Shown here piece after piece: positions 24,639 to 38,147 of a stretch of DNA of 64,000 nt. The notes beneath the pieces are model-generated. The model saw nothing but the letters and a program-made list of their open reading frames with translations, had not been told where the DNA came from and made no database searches. Location of the stretch: assembly GCF_003918875.1 (NCBI RefSeq), contig NW_025765154.1, positions 124,001 to 188,000 on the forward strand. Direction: 5' to 3'. Each line of letters begins with the position of its first letter. Positions within the stretch are counted from its first letter, which is position 1. A program made the translations under genes and the position numbers. This DNA comes from Haliotis rubra (Eukaryota).

Positions 24639-26794
24639 CTGATCAATTCATTTACCCCTGCTTCAGACCTATTTCAACCCAGAAACCCCTAAGGGACCCG
24701 AACTGACTGAGGCATGAAGTAAGAGGAGCTTACACTGTGTGCAAGAGATTTAAACTTGGTTTGTATTTGAGCGTGTGTGAGTGAGTATGTTTTTATGCCA
24801 CTTTTAGCTATATTTCAGCATTATCACGGCTGGGGACACCAGAAATGGGCTTCACCAATTGTGCCCATGTGGGGATTCGAACCCGGGTTTTTGGTGGAAC
24901 AATTATATTTGAGGCAGTTTATTAGGATATATATGGTATGTGAAGATTGTAATGTTTTCCATAGATGGGAAGGCTGATCTACCACTACATTATTGCCACA
25001 TGTGATGATCCACTTATCTTAGGAAACGGATGAGTTTGAAATGGGGTTATATCTTCAACATTTACTTGATTCATATACATGTTTAAACCTGAACCGGTTA
25101 ATTTTGAAAACTGCTAAATCCTGACAAGGAATTCCATTAAAGCTATTTTCTACCCAACAGTTAAAAAACACCAACTTAATGAAACCAGCATGGCATTTAT
25201 ATGCTGGTATATAAAAGATGCTCATGCCTTGTTTCTGAGTCATATATTACTATGCAGGCTCTGACCTCAAATATCACATATTCTCTAACCCACCAGTGTT
25301 TAAAGAAATCCTCATTCAAACATTTCTCATCAAGGTGTGGTCATTTTTATACAAAACCATCTCAGTGAACTGTTTGAACTGGGCAGTGGTCTTTGGAACT
25401 CCTCTCCGACAAAAAACAAATACAGGAAAGTGTGACTACAGAGTCCAGCTCCTTCGCCTGCATATCTTGAGTAGCTGCAGGCAACAAGGCCTCTTGTCGT
25501 TCGTCAGCCCGTGTCGTTGTTGGCACAGCGCTGTTGACGCCACGGCGACCGCAGTTAGCGGTGGACGACACACTGACACATCGCCTACTGGGAAATGTAA
25601 GTACTAGGATCAAACACTTGAGACGAATGTCAGGGCGAAACCGACTCCCGGAGGAAATGTGTTACCGTAAACTACACAAAAGCCTTTGTCAATATTATAA
25701 ATTGTTTCACCAAGCTATCCGGCTTATAACAGCAACTTATTTCATAGAAGTAAACTTGATAAAAGATGCAAAACATCATGAATAACGTGGAAAATAAACA
25801 AAATACATTTTGAGACAAAATCGTTGATTATGTCAATTTTTCATTATTGGAACGAGGTTGGTATTTGATGAGCTGGCTCCGTGGCTAATTGGAGACGACT
25901 GACAACAAGCCCTCTCATCACGTCCTCGTTAGGGTCCTTAGTATCATCAGGTGACACATCAAATGAAGAGAAGTCCCCAAACCGCCAAGCCTACAGGACA
26001 AGCCCCAGCCAGCAAGTATGTGAAGGACGCTTTGCAATTGTCACAGTCTGATCGCACATGAAAAACCTATTTTCTGGTCAACTATTTTGACAAGTGGATA
26101 ATTTTCTCTCCAAAAATTCAAAAGGACTATTAAGGATACATCGGGATATATATAAGTCTCTTTCAATAACAGCAAGAACATGCACATATAGGATTAAAAA
26201 TGACCATTAACAAATCAATACATCGGAAAACTCATTACATATATTGAAAAAAAATTTTAGTCAAGTTTTTGTTTGGGTCTTATCAGCAACTTTTTAAAAT
26301 GATTCATTTAAATCAACAACCATGATGACCATTTTGGGGGGGGAAATTTACAAAAGTAAAACTGCTTACAATTTACACATTTATCAGTTGTGTCAAATTT
26401 TCACCAGCTGTGTGACAGTTTGCAACACCTGTGATGCAACACTGATCTCGGACAGTTCCAAGTTATTTTACAAATATTTTGCCAGCTTGTATCATATCAT
26501 TGATTTCAAGTCAGGTCTGGGGTTTTTCATAAGCAGGTGCTTGAATGATGTACTCACTATAACTCCACCTGAATATCAGCTATTTCTGGACTACACAGCC
26601 CCAACTATGAACCAAAATCAATCCATGGTGAACAGCTTGCTATTACACGATGTTTGATGCAAAATGTTCAAATCCAGCAGTATGTCTTCATGCTTCTAAG
26701 CCGGAAAAAAGGAACTCACTTTGAGCATCAATCTGCTTCACATCATTTGTTGATAAATGCATATTCTGCGATATTCCATGTGTAAATATACCAA

Positions 26795-26980
26795 TCTGTT
26801 CACCCAGAAGAAAATGGGTACCCCGGTGGGATAAGTCATGTGACTATAACCTTCTAGCGCCTCACAAGCAGCTTGGGTTATCCGGAATAAAAATCCCTCC
26901 TAGACTTTGTGATGCGCCATTGAACAGCGTCAAGTTGAGATACTAGGCATCATAGAAATTCATTATAATAATATAATAAT
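26795..26980 (+). mobile_element. Old CORE-type SINE fragment with L2-like tail
   Basis: TCTGTTCACCCAG.AG.AAATGGGTACC resembles the CORE domain; ends in (ATA)n. Confidence 0.45.
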
Positions 26981-27178
26981 CTGGACCAAACAATCCAGTG
27001 ACTGACACTATGCACAAGATCCCTGCTATTGAGGAGCGACGGGATGCCATCAAGCAAGTCATTGAGCAAGACTACCCAATCCATCTTGCGACCATTTTTG
27101 CCTAGCAAAGGCTGCTGGGAACCTAGTGTCCTGACAGGTATAGTATGTGTGAGTGATTATGGTCTGACACTATTAGTG

Positions 27179-27446
27179 AGTGAGTGAGTGAGTTGAGTTT
27201 TACGCCGCACTCAGCAATATTCCAGCTATATGGCGGCGGTCTGTAAATAATCGAATCTGGACCAGACAATCCAGTGATCAACAGCATGAGCATCGATCTG
27301 CGTAATTGGGAACCGATGACATGTGTCAACCAAGTCAGCGAGCCTGACCACCCGATCCTGTTAGTCGCCTTTTACGACAAGCAGTCGCCTTTTATGACAA
27401 GCATGGGTTGCTGAAGACCTATTCTACCCCGGATCTTCACGGGTCC
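27179..27446 (-). mobile_element. Young full-length SINE-like family B copy
   Basis: TSD CACTATTAGTG; internal duplication of AGTCGCCTTTTA.GACAAGC; (GAGT)n tail. Confidence 0.92.
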
Positions 27447-28156
27447 ACTATTAGTGTCTCAACTTGTTATCAATAATGAGAAAGACTTCAGTTGAAATTT
27501 GAAGAAATCCATAATGTAACGACCGAAATCCTGTACTATTGTTTGATGTATTTGAGGTATCGTATTAATTGTAATTATGAAGAGTCGGACTAACAAGAAA
27601 AGATAAATGGGGAAAAACCTACAAAGAGGGATTGAGTGAGTTCAGTTTTACGTCACTTTGGACAGCATATCAGTTATACGATGGCATATTAGCTTGATGT
27701 GGATGTGGAGACTTCTCAAGTACAAAACTGGATTCGAACCCATGCTCGTAAATTTCTTGCAGAGCTAACAGATATATCTCAGACGAGAAATTTGTAAAAC
27801 CTGAGACTCTTAGCACCTGTGACCCTACCAACATGGAATTACAGCTGCAAATACAGAGGTCGTAGTCGTGTAACAGTTATACGAAGGGTCTTCAGGGTGA
27901 TGAGTGAAAGCCTTAACGCCTGGGCTACTCCACTGAGTGCCTGTGTATGACGCCGCATTAAACAACAAAGTCACAGCTGGGAGCCCATGACACAACCAGG
28001 TCACTGACATATTTGTCTGTCCTGGATTTTCCCAAAGAAGATTTCTGGGGTATGACCACACACTAGCCTTGCTCCAAGTCTGTACTAAAACTAAGTCCTT
28101 AAGTGTAGTAATTGTATCAATATAATGGGCACTTCAAGGTAAGCATACAGTTCAGA

Positions 28157-28276
28157 GTTTCACAAAGCTCTCGTAAGCCTAAGATCTCGTACTTCCTATG
28201 CTACAGTATAGGAGGTACGAATGCTAGAGAAAAGTTACGAAATCTCAGGTTTACAAGAGTTTTGTGAAACGGGGCC
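28157..28276. mobile_element. Internally deleted palindromic MITE (24491 family)
   Basis: GTTTCACAAAGCTCTCGTAAGCCTAAGATCTCG...TTTTGTGAAACGGGGCC|CAG. Confidence 0.8.
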
Positions 28277-28588
28277 CAGAACGCCAGCCTTCAAAGGGGC
28301 AACTTGCTCTTACTATTCACATAAACTAGAAGTTATGACTTATACTAAAAAGTATATCGAGACTGGTGCAAGGCAGACAACACATTAACACAATCAGGTT
28401 ACAGAAAAATGTAACGGACTCAGTTTTCACTTTTCTATATTTCATGGACCAATGAATAAACTGGCATTAAAAAAATGCATTCAACATTTGTCTCGCTAAA
28501 TTGAAGCGTAAGAGTAATTGTCCTGAAAAGAAATTTCTAGACCTGATATAAACGACAAATTCTATAAAATTGACATAAAAGTGCAAAC

Positions 28589-29149
28589 CTTTCCGTCTTT
28601 ATTTCTCTTCACTGGGCGATTAGTAACGGGGACGTGGACACGTTCAATTTCTTCATCCATTTCATCATCATCATCTTCTTCCTCCTCATCATCATCAATC
28701 GGCTCCTGTTTAATCACTACATCATCAGCACCATTTGAATTTGAGCAGTTAAAAGCCACCTCATAGTCCCCATTCACCGCTTCCGTCTTGATGCGTTTCT
28801 TCAACGCAAACATCTGGCCCACAGTTCCACTACTGGAGTGATTCGGACTGCGGTTTGCAAACGCAGATTTGATCTGACTCAGCTTTATAAGGTTGTACCT
28901 TGCGTCATTTTGATGAGATGGTCGATGTAAACTTTTGTTCAAGTTTACTGTGTTAATACTGGAATCGGCCTCAATGGGCGTAGGGGCATACACTCCCTCA
29001 GGAATACTGTCTATGGGGTAGGCAGGGTCCTCCAACCCTGGCGATAAGGACTGAGGGGTGCTGGTGCCACTGGAGCCATCCATGTCGCAGTGAATGTCTG
29101 GGCGTTTGTCAGGATGGGTGTGGGCACTGGGATTGCGGTCTTCCGTCAT
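28589..29149 (-). CDS. KLF12: KLF3/8/12-group Krüppel-like factor, first coding exon of long isoform (MTEDRNPSAH...KRIKTE...VIKQEPIDDDEEEE...NKDGK)
   Basis: Acceptor ttttttgtcgttttcag| at 29165, ATG at 29149, 187 open codons, donor AAG|gtttgc at 28588 (phase 0). Contains IKTE and IKQE SUMO consensus motifs and a D/E tract. In frame with the PVDLS exon. The symbol means KLF12-like; the gene is probably co-orthologous to KLF3/8/12. Confidence 0.8.
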
Positions 29150-30999
29150 TGTGTCAAGGGAATGCTGAAAACGACAAAAAAACAATTGCACTTTTTTTTA
29201 AAAAAGAGTCAGACGGACAGGAAGATGATGATACTCTCTAGCGTGGATCAAACTAATGTTTTTTAATATGGATTCCTGCGACATGACAACTTGACTGCGG
29301 TAGCTGCTTTCAGTACATGTAATGGGAATAAAATCATTTATTAAATAAAACTACATCTATTATTGTACATAGTTAAATTTCAGCAGTATTCCAGGCATAT
29401 CAACGCAAGGTGGACACCAGGTATGGATTTACCACATTGTAACCACATGTGAAACAAACCCAGGCTTTTGTTGTGCCAAGCCAACACTTTAACCATTGGG
29501 CTACCTCACCAACACACATCAAGCAAAAACAAAACTGATTAGAGAGTGAGCCTTGTTTTACGTCAGTGTCAGTATAATTTTCAAATTTTCAGTTAAAAAA
29601 ATGTTTGCATCACAATCCAAACTTTTTTAGAACAAATAAAAAAAAAAATACTGTTACTGTTGAATGGAAATGTATGAATCACTGGATTATCTGGTCAAGA
29701 CTGTATTATTAACTGACTGATGACAAATAGCTGGAATATTGTTGACTGCCAACCACAAATAAATCCAGTTATTATCCCATCCAGTAGAAGCCTACAAGGG
29801 AAGACAAATTTGAACTGGAATAATAAACTGAGTTTAGTTTTACGCTGCTTAAAGCAATATTCCAGAAATATCACGGCGGGGGACACCAGAAATGGGTTCT
29901 AACATTGTACCCATGTGGAAACGAATCCTGATCTTCAGCTAACAAGCGAACACTTTAACCACTAGGCTACCCCGGGGCCCATGAAACAGGAATAATACTG
30001 ACTACATACTACTTGTGTAGGAGAGTTCTGGGGGTAGGGACAAGGTGTAGAGGTTACAGAGGTCAGAGCCTGCTGTAAGTAGATTGTTACTTCTTACATC
30101 AGGGTGGGGTGGGTGTTTCTAAACAGCTAATTTATGTATTTATGAGTGGTCAAGTACAAGAACGCTTATCAATGCCATATACATCCATAATAAATAATGA
30201 CAACTTACCCTGAAACAATCTCTCAGTTATTGTAACAGGCATGTCAACAATACAACAAAATATTTACATTGATATGTGCGCTATATAAATATCCCATCCT
30301 ATAATAATAATAATATGTTTAACAGGGTACTTGCACACAGTACACTGGCTACTTGACTGTAAAACTGTGGTTTGTCATCATTTTCAGTATTTTTTAGTTT
30401 TACGTATGGACTAATATTGCTAAGTGTACAAGACCAAACTTTTTTAATAGGCTCAAGCTGTACACTCGTGTCTTCAGTAACAAGCCACTTTGTACACACG
30501 ATGCATTAAGGCATGAACAACTGGAAATATATCATTAGCTGTACAAGAAATATCAAAGTATTCAAGCACACAAAAGAATATGTCCAGTTTAATGTCATAC
30601 TTAGTTCATTTTTTATACTCTGGCATTCTGTAAACACAATTATGTACAACAACATGAAAGTTTTATAATAAACTGATTGTAATATTCAAACTACCACACA
30701 AAACATAACCTCATAGCAAGTTATATGTGTAGTATTACCGCGACCTCAACATTTTAACATCTTTTGATTCAACATCTGCCACCAATAGATATTTAAAAAG
30801 TCAATAACAACAATTTTAATTTTATTAATTTTAAGACTATTAAAAACTATAGGTAACTGCTTATCAAATAATTAAAATATTTTTGAAACATGTTTTCTTG
30901 TTCCAAGGAACATTTTGAGTGCATCGTATTAAAGTGTGAGATCAAAAATAGATCCTTCAATTAATAACATCTGTCTTATAATTCATGAAAATAAATGGC

Positions 31000-31860
31000 A
31001 AGAGAGGCCACACCCAATTTCTCTCATTAATAAATCAAATGTGATAAAGATATACTTTATCCACACCCACTCGGTATAATTTTCCAAAAGTATATCAAAT
31101 AATAATGAAATTATTCTATTTGTTGAGGAAATATTATGATAAATGCTTCACAGAAATGTATCTATACAATCCAAGCTTCTCGAAAGGTTGACGACAATAG
31201 AAAGTGTTGACAAGAAGTTGGCCCTCAAACATTGGGACCCTCGGCTTTTCAAAATCTTTACCAAGTAGACAGTACATGCGTTCTAATTGACAACCGTTAA
31301 CTTTACAGAGGTGGTACTGAACGTAACATCTGTTCAAACAAGCACTGAATACATAGAATCTTGCCATAACAAACGATATAAGGCCACTCCCTTGCCAAGA
31401 TTTTCATCAAGGGAACTTCAACAGTGCCACCATATTCGAAAGAAAAGCTTATATTTGGCAATATACTCACAAAAAGCATCTCTGAATAATCTGTTTCCAC
31501 AAGGTATTCCAGTACAGCTTTTACACACAAATCCAAGTTTTAGAATTGAGAAAGCCTAGAGAAGACAGGAGACCCAGTTACAAACTGAGGTTGAGCTAAA
31601 CTAGTGGGACGTGCCTGCCCTTGGCTGAATATTGTCCTCAATAGCTTAGGGGGGTGAGCCAGTGAGTCAGGCGACTGTGGTGGTATGCTTGCATGGAGAG
31701 GGGAATTGTGGGAGTGGTTGGGAGCGGCACGGAAGGCGATCATTTTCACATTACATCAGAGTCGTGCCTGATGAAGTAGGGCAGATGATTGGTCGATAGC
31801 TGTGTTTACATCTGAGTGGGTGAGGCCCTCTATAGCAGGAAAACATGGCCACACAGTGCT
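31000..31860. promoter_or_regulatory. GC-enriched regulatory region upstream of the long-isoform coding exon
   Basis: GGCCACACCC (31006) and CCACACCC (31061) KLF sites; GGGGTG, AP-1 TGAGTCA (~31663), ATTGG/CCAAT (~31788) and TGTTTAC forkhead motif (~31803). Based on motifs only. Confidence 0.35.
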
Positions 31861-32669
31861 GTGTTGTATTTGGTGCAGTCTACGCCTATACCTCGTTATA
31901 ACGCTACAAGGGGATGTTTACCTCAAATGCTTATGTCAGTGCGTTAACTGAGGCTATTAATTTTGGTTGTGCTTACAACGAGGTAATAACGGGTTTTCCT
32001 GCCTTGCCCTCAATAGCCCGGAATTATTATTTGACTTTGAACCTATTTTATACGGTTAATGAGATAACGATTCATAACTTGACTAAAAGTATAAAAAGTG
32101 TACAATATTCAAATTATACATAAATAAGACAATATATGAATATCCCAATTTAATTATCACAATATTAAAATTACAATTGTTCATAAAATGACACTTCAGG
32201 AAGGAATATTTGTGGCTGAGACTGACATGAAGCAATTATAGGAACATAGAAGATGGGATAATTGATTTATCTCACTAAAGGCAAGGCTATAATTCATAGA
32301 CACACATAATGATCATACCCTATCAGAGTTATCTCGCTGATAAAACACCAGGGAATACTGCAAACTCTGACAGCTTGGAGAGGGTTTGGGGTAGGAGTGG
32401 ATGTGAAGGGGTGAAGGGGTGGAGATCAATCCTCCAACAGGAATGACCTGAGGGTTAAAGGAACTAATTGTGAGGGTGGTGGTATAACAGTTTATAATCC
32501 CATGTAGGAAGTACTTCGGGGTGGGGGTGGAGTGGAGTATGAAAGTCAATTTAGATTTACATTTAGTAAAACATTGGTAAACTGTTTTCGGAGGGGGCAT
32601 ATCCAACACTGATTCCCCCAAACTGGGACATGGAGAACGTCAGTCAGATTGTGGGGTAGTCTTTGAGTA

Positions 32670-33000
32670 GGGGTGGGGTGAAGACAATGGTTGGTGGGGT
32701 GAAGACAATGTTTGGTGGGGGTGAAGGGGTGAAGACAATGGTTGGTGGGGGTGAAGACAATGGTTGGTGGGGGTGGGGTGAAGACAATGGTTGGTGGGGT
32801 GAAGACAATGTTTGGTGGGGGTGAAGGGGTGAAGACAATGTTTTGTGGGGGTGAAGACAATGGTTGGTGGGGGTGGGGTGAAGACAATGGTTGGTGGAGG
32901 TGGGGAGGTGAAGACAATGGTTGGTGGGGGGAAGTGGTGGGGAGGTGAAGACAATGGCTGTTGGGGGAGTGGGTGGGGAGGTGAAGACAATGGTTGGTAG
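32670..33000. repeat. G-rich minisatellite, 12 copies of G(G/A)GGTGAAGACAATG with G-run spacers
   Basis: Counted directly; embedded in a G-skewed tract ~32380-33230. Confidence 0.9.
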
Positions 33001-33852
33001 GGCAGGAGGAAGGGAGGTGAAGAGGGTAGAGAGTAGGGATGATGGCAGGTGAGGAAGGTGGAGTGATGGTTGTTTGTGGGTGGAGTACAGGTAGTTGATG
33101 AGGCAGGAGGCAATCATAGGGGAGATACATCAGGGTGGGGGTGCTAGTAGGTCAGGGTAGAGGTGTCTGAAGACATTTAACCCTGGGCAATGTGAACCCT
33201 GACAGGTTGAGGAAGGGGTGGGGATGGGGATGTTAATTAGAACATGACCCCCAGGCACAGACTGTCAACTCTATTGAACTATATTGTGGGAGGGGATGAC
33301 CTATAAATAACTTTATGACCATAAAGCACTTAGTCCCCGAATCACCCTACTCATGGTTTGTAGGGAAACTCTCCCTAGACCCTCTCAGGGTAGTGTGTTA
33401 CTAATAACATCAAGCATTGATTGGCTTGTCCAAGTTTGATTATTTATAGGCTGATGTGATGCATAGCTGTACTGCTGTTGGCAGTTTCATTCAACACTAT
33501 TCACCTGCTATCTTAACCTACCTATATTACATATTGTGTATGTATCCTATATCTGTTCCTATAGAACCATTAGCGTTATCCTTCTTGAACTCTGACAATC
33601 TTACCATCAACAACAGCATTTACACTGACATTCAGTCCCAGAAATAAAGTTATCTTCCTTTAAAATATATATCGACATATATTCAGTAATTCACATGGAG
33701 CCCAGAACATTCCTTAATTCCCAGAGCTGAAGCAATCTGGACTAATGCAAAATCATTATCTAGAATCTAGTGGGACTCTTTTTTTAAATTCATGCTTTAG
33801 GGTATGAAGACTACAAGAGCTTTTATATTGAATACATCAACTGTAGCATGGC

Positions 33853-34205
33853 AGAGTGAGTGAGTGAGTGAGTTTAGTTTACGCTGCTTTTAGCAACATT
33901 TAAGCAATATCACACATGTGGGGAATCAAACCTAGGTCTTTATGCAATGAGCAAACGCTTTAACCACAAGGCTACCCCACTGCCCACTAGCAGTAACCCA
34001 TGCTTGTCGTAAGAGGTGACTAATGTGATCAGGTGGTCAGACTCGCTGACTTTGTTCACACATGTCATCGTATCAATTGGTAGATCGATGCTCATGACAC
34101 TGATCACTGGATTGTCTGGTCCAGACTTGATAACTTACAGACCACCGCCATACAGCTGGAATATTGCTGAGTGCTGCGTAAAACTAAACTCACTCACTCA
34201 CTCAA
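33853..34205. mobile_element. Head-to-head SINE A (minus) and truncated family B (plus)
   Basis: Consensus matches with outward-facing (ACTC)n tails. Confidence 0.8.
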
Positions 34206-35614
34206 GTTCCCATCAACCAAAAAAGCAAGTTTGACCGTCCGCTTCTGCTCATCGACTCTGTGGTCATGCTTGTAAAATCCCAGTCTACTTTTATCATCTG
34301 TGTTCATTGATATAACAAAGTTCTTAAATTAAATGCCAAGACAAATAACTTATACACCGGACAATTACAGCTGTCACCTTCTCCTCATCAAATATATTCC
34401 TATGACCATTGCATGTTGTTAACAACAATTCATCAGAATCTACATTTTTTTTAATCAAAAGAAATTTTCTTTTTGCAATCCTAATTAAAACAACAATGAT
34501 TCTTAATATAGCTCTACAGTAAACAATAGGATGGTTTCTGACATTGTTAAGGAATCAATGCAGACTTCAATATGAAACAGGCCAACACATTGGGCATTGT
34601 GAGCTTGCTGTGAAAACAAAATACTTCCTAGCAAACATCCAGAAGGGGCACTGCCTGACTAGCATGGCACAGACAGTGTCATTTTAAATTCATGCAATTT
34701 CTTACACAGCAGGGTAAGGGAGTCTGTAGAATGTGACCAGTGAAATTGAAAAGTTGAAACACTGATTTATAGACCCTGAAACAAAAAATCCAAACAACCA
34801 AAAGAACAGAAATAGTCTAAATTTCCCAACATGTCTTGGTCTGTTAATTTTCAGAAAAGCAAGAATGTCTGTGGGCACTATTCCGCAAGAGTCAAAATAT
34901 GTTAATAAAAACAAATTGTGGAGACCTCCAGTAAATGTTTATGCAAAATGAGCTTCTAAAGGGTTTATAGGGTGAGAGTTAGGGTTTGGATGTTCACGAC
35001 GGGAGGTGCACCCAGGACAAGTCAATGATAAAACACATCAATGAAAAGCCTCACTGCATTCACGATTTGTTTAGTACAACACTTTCAGAGTATTAAAACT
35101 GTTATTTTTGGAAAATCATGTGTTGGCTGCCAGGACTGATACTCCTACAAATGTTTTAAAGTCAGTGGTGATATAATATCATTTACATAACGTCGCAGCT
35201 GCCAGTGCCTTGTGAAGACGAGATTTATAAACATCGTCTGAATTAGGTTTGATTTTTTTTATGTGAAAAACACTAAACCACAAATCATTCAGTCTGAGCC
35301 CGAGTACACTGCTACTTATCTTCAACCAAAGAGCTGAGGCTTCTGAAGACGAAAAAAGAAAGAATCGTGTTCCATTCTCAGTCAGTTGTTTCATTAAAAG
35401 CCATGAAGAAAAATTGCGACACATTAAGGGGCCAAACTCCCTGCACAACTTGCATCCGTTCAGCCATTTCGGAGAAGAGACGTTCAGCGGCAACAAAATG
35501 CAAAAACATTATCAAATAAGCTAACCTTGATTACAATTCATTATCCTCTAGTGAATCACATAAATAGACCTTGGAAGAAGGCAAGAAGCTGATCGAGAAT
35601 TGAGTCTGTGATAA

Positions 35615-35845
35615 CAGACTATCTGTGAGTGGCTACAGACTATCCCTAACAGACTAAAGACTTATAATCTAAGACTACAGACTATCCCTGACAGACTAAA
35701 GACTTATAATCTATGACTATAGACTGTCCCTGACAGACAACAGACTCTATCCATGACAAGGGACTCTATCCATGACAAGGGACTCTATCCATGACAAGGG
35801 ACTCTATCCATGACAATGGACTCTATCCATGACAAGGGACTATCC
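35615..35845. repeat. Compound minisatellite (ACAGACTATC-based 41-bp unit; 19-bp GACTCTATCCATGACAAGG x5)
   Basis: Direct repeats visible in the sequence. Confidence 0.85.
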
Positions 35846-36107
35846 AAAACAAACAGACTTGACTTCGATCAGTAGAATACAACCACAGTAGGCATAATGT
35901 CTTAAACGTCATGATTCCCAACACTTTAGTAAATTATCATCTTTGTTTATCATATTTCTTAGTTGAGTAAATCATTGTGGCTATGGAAATAAACAACATT
36001 AGTTCTCTCATTTAAGACATACCTAGCATGCGGAGACAACTGTTGACTGATATCTGTAATTACATTTTCCCAGGTAACAAACATTTTCAATATATCACTC
36101 ATATTTG

Positions 36108-36560
36108 TGGGCAGTCTGGTAGCCTAGTGGTAAAAGCGTTTGCTTGTCACGCCAAAGACCCAGAGTTGATTCCACACAAGGGTACAATGTGTGAAACGTA
36201 TTTCTGGTGTCCCCTGCTGTGATATTGCTAAAAGTGGCATAAAACTAAACTAAACTCACTCACTCATTCATATTTGTAATTTGTAGATTTGAATGTGTGT
36301 CTGAACTTCAATGCACATTCAGCATTATTCCAACAACATGACAGAAGCCTGTACATTTTGTTTGTTTGCTGTTTAACACTCAGCACTATTTCAGTCTGTA
36401 AATAATCCAGTTTGGACCAGACAATCCAGTGATCAATGTCATGAGCATCGATCCACACAATTGGGATACGATGACATGTGTCAACCAACCCAGCAAGCCT
36501 TACCACCTGTACGTGTAAGTCACCTCTTACGACGAACATGGGATGCTGAAGACCGATACA
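36108..36560. mobile_element. SINE A (plus, ~36108-36268) and family B (minus, ~36358-36560)
   Basis: Consensus matches. Confidence 0.8.
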
Positions 36561-37454
36561 TGGGTTGCAGCCTATAAATAATCAAGCACCATACAGATAA
36601 TGACTACAATTAATAACAATGGTCGGGTACAATACCTCTATCAACCAAGTCATCGAGTGTGACCAACCAATGCATTAACTCGCCTTGTAAGACCAGAATG
36701 GATTTACACCAATCCTAACCTTCGCTCCCAGTTCTATGATTTGACACATTGTATCGATGTATTGATATTTCAATTTCAATGACAGCCCTTACTTCTGAAG
36801 CTGAGGGCGACATTGAGGTTCAGCATCATCTCGTCAGGCTAACTCGTGGGTTCAAAGAAATAAACCATATGTATTGTACTCAACGTCCTATCCACAGGTA
36901 TAATTCAGCGGAATCTAATTGTCAGATTGCATACGAAGCAGAAGAAGATACTCCTTTATGCCCATCACTAATAATCAATATGCTTGAATGATTTCAATGA
37001 ATGTTTTTATGAAGAGGCTGACACACTTTCAGGGATCGATAGACGGAGCATCCTGTGTAATAATGCAGAGTCGGTATGTACAGTGCCTTCGTATACGCAT
37101 GCATGCTGCCATGAAAAGAATGCTTTGTGTGTGTCTTTCTTTGTTAATTTGAGCTGTGCTTGAAATTAAAGATGAAAGTCTTTGCAAAAATTACATACTA
37201 AAGGGTTTCGTTTTACTAAATACGATAATACCAGCTTATGACATGAATGACTCTCAGGACATCCATGTATAACAGTACAAATGAGGTCATTTCACCACCA
37301 GTAACTGAATACGTGGCATTGTCTTTGGGAAACCACACGTGTTTGCTTCTTCTGTTTGTTTGTTGTTCCACACTGTACAAAGTAATATTCTATTAATGTG
37401 ATGGCTGGCTGTAAATAATCCATGTCTGGTTCAGAAAAAGCAACGCGTCAATAT

Positions 37455-37884
37455 CCAATTTAGAACTGATCTTTGATACTTATACCTTTGTCATAAGAGG
37501 CAGCTAACAGGTGGTCATGGCCACTGACTTGGTTGACAAGTGTCATCGTATCCCAACTCGTAAATCGAGGTTCATGCTATTAACTACGGATTGTCTGGTC
37601 CAGACTCGATTATTTACCAATCGCCGCCATATAGCTGGAATATTGCGGGGTGCGGTGTTTAACAACAAAACAACCAACTAATCAGAAAATCCAGTTACTG
37701 ATATACGCGTCTTCATTGCGATCAGGGGGCGTAGGGGTAGCCCAGTGGTAAAAGCGTTCGCTAGTCACGCCAAAGTCCTGGGTTCGATTCCCCACATGGG
37801 TAAAGTGTGAAGCCCATTTCAGGTGTCCCCCGCCATGATATTGCTGGAAAATTGCTAAAAGCGCGTAAAACTATACTCACTCAC
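37455..37884 (+). mobile_element. Family B (~37455-37680) followed by SINE A (37725-37884)
   Basis: The SINE A has TSD TCATTGCGATCA. Confidence 0.85.
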
Positions 37885-38147
37885 TCATTGCGATCAAGCA
37901 GTCTATGCTAACCCAAGAATACTCATCAAAGATCTGGACATGTACATAGACAGTGAGACCAAGGTAGTTAACAAGAGTATCTTCAGCAGAGGTGTGGCTG
38001 TCGCAAATCCTGGGTGGCTTAATGCATCATAATGTAGAGATACTTGACTAAGTGAAATAACTATGGTTCATCTCCACTTTTAGCAATATCAAATTAGGGG
38101 CCTCGAAGGGCCTCGCATACTGTACCCATGTGGTGAACTAAAACCAG

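Noticed and set aside
32546-33130. Proline/His-rich ORFs
   Set aside because: Translations of the G-rich minisatellite, open in several frames.
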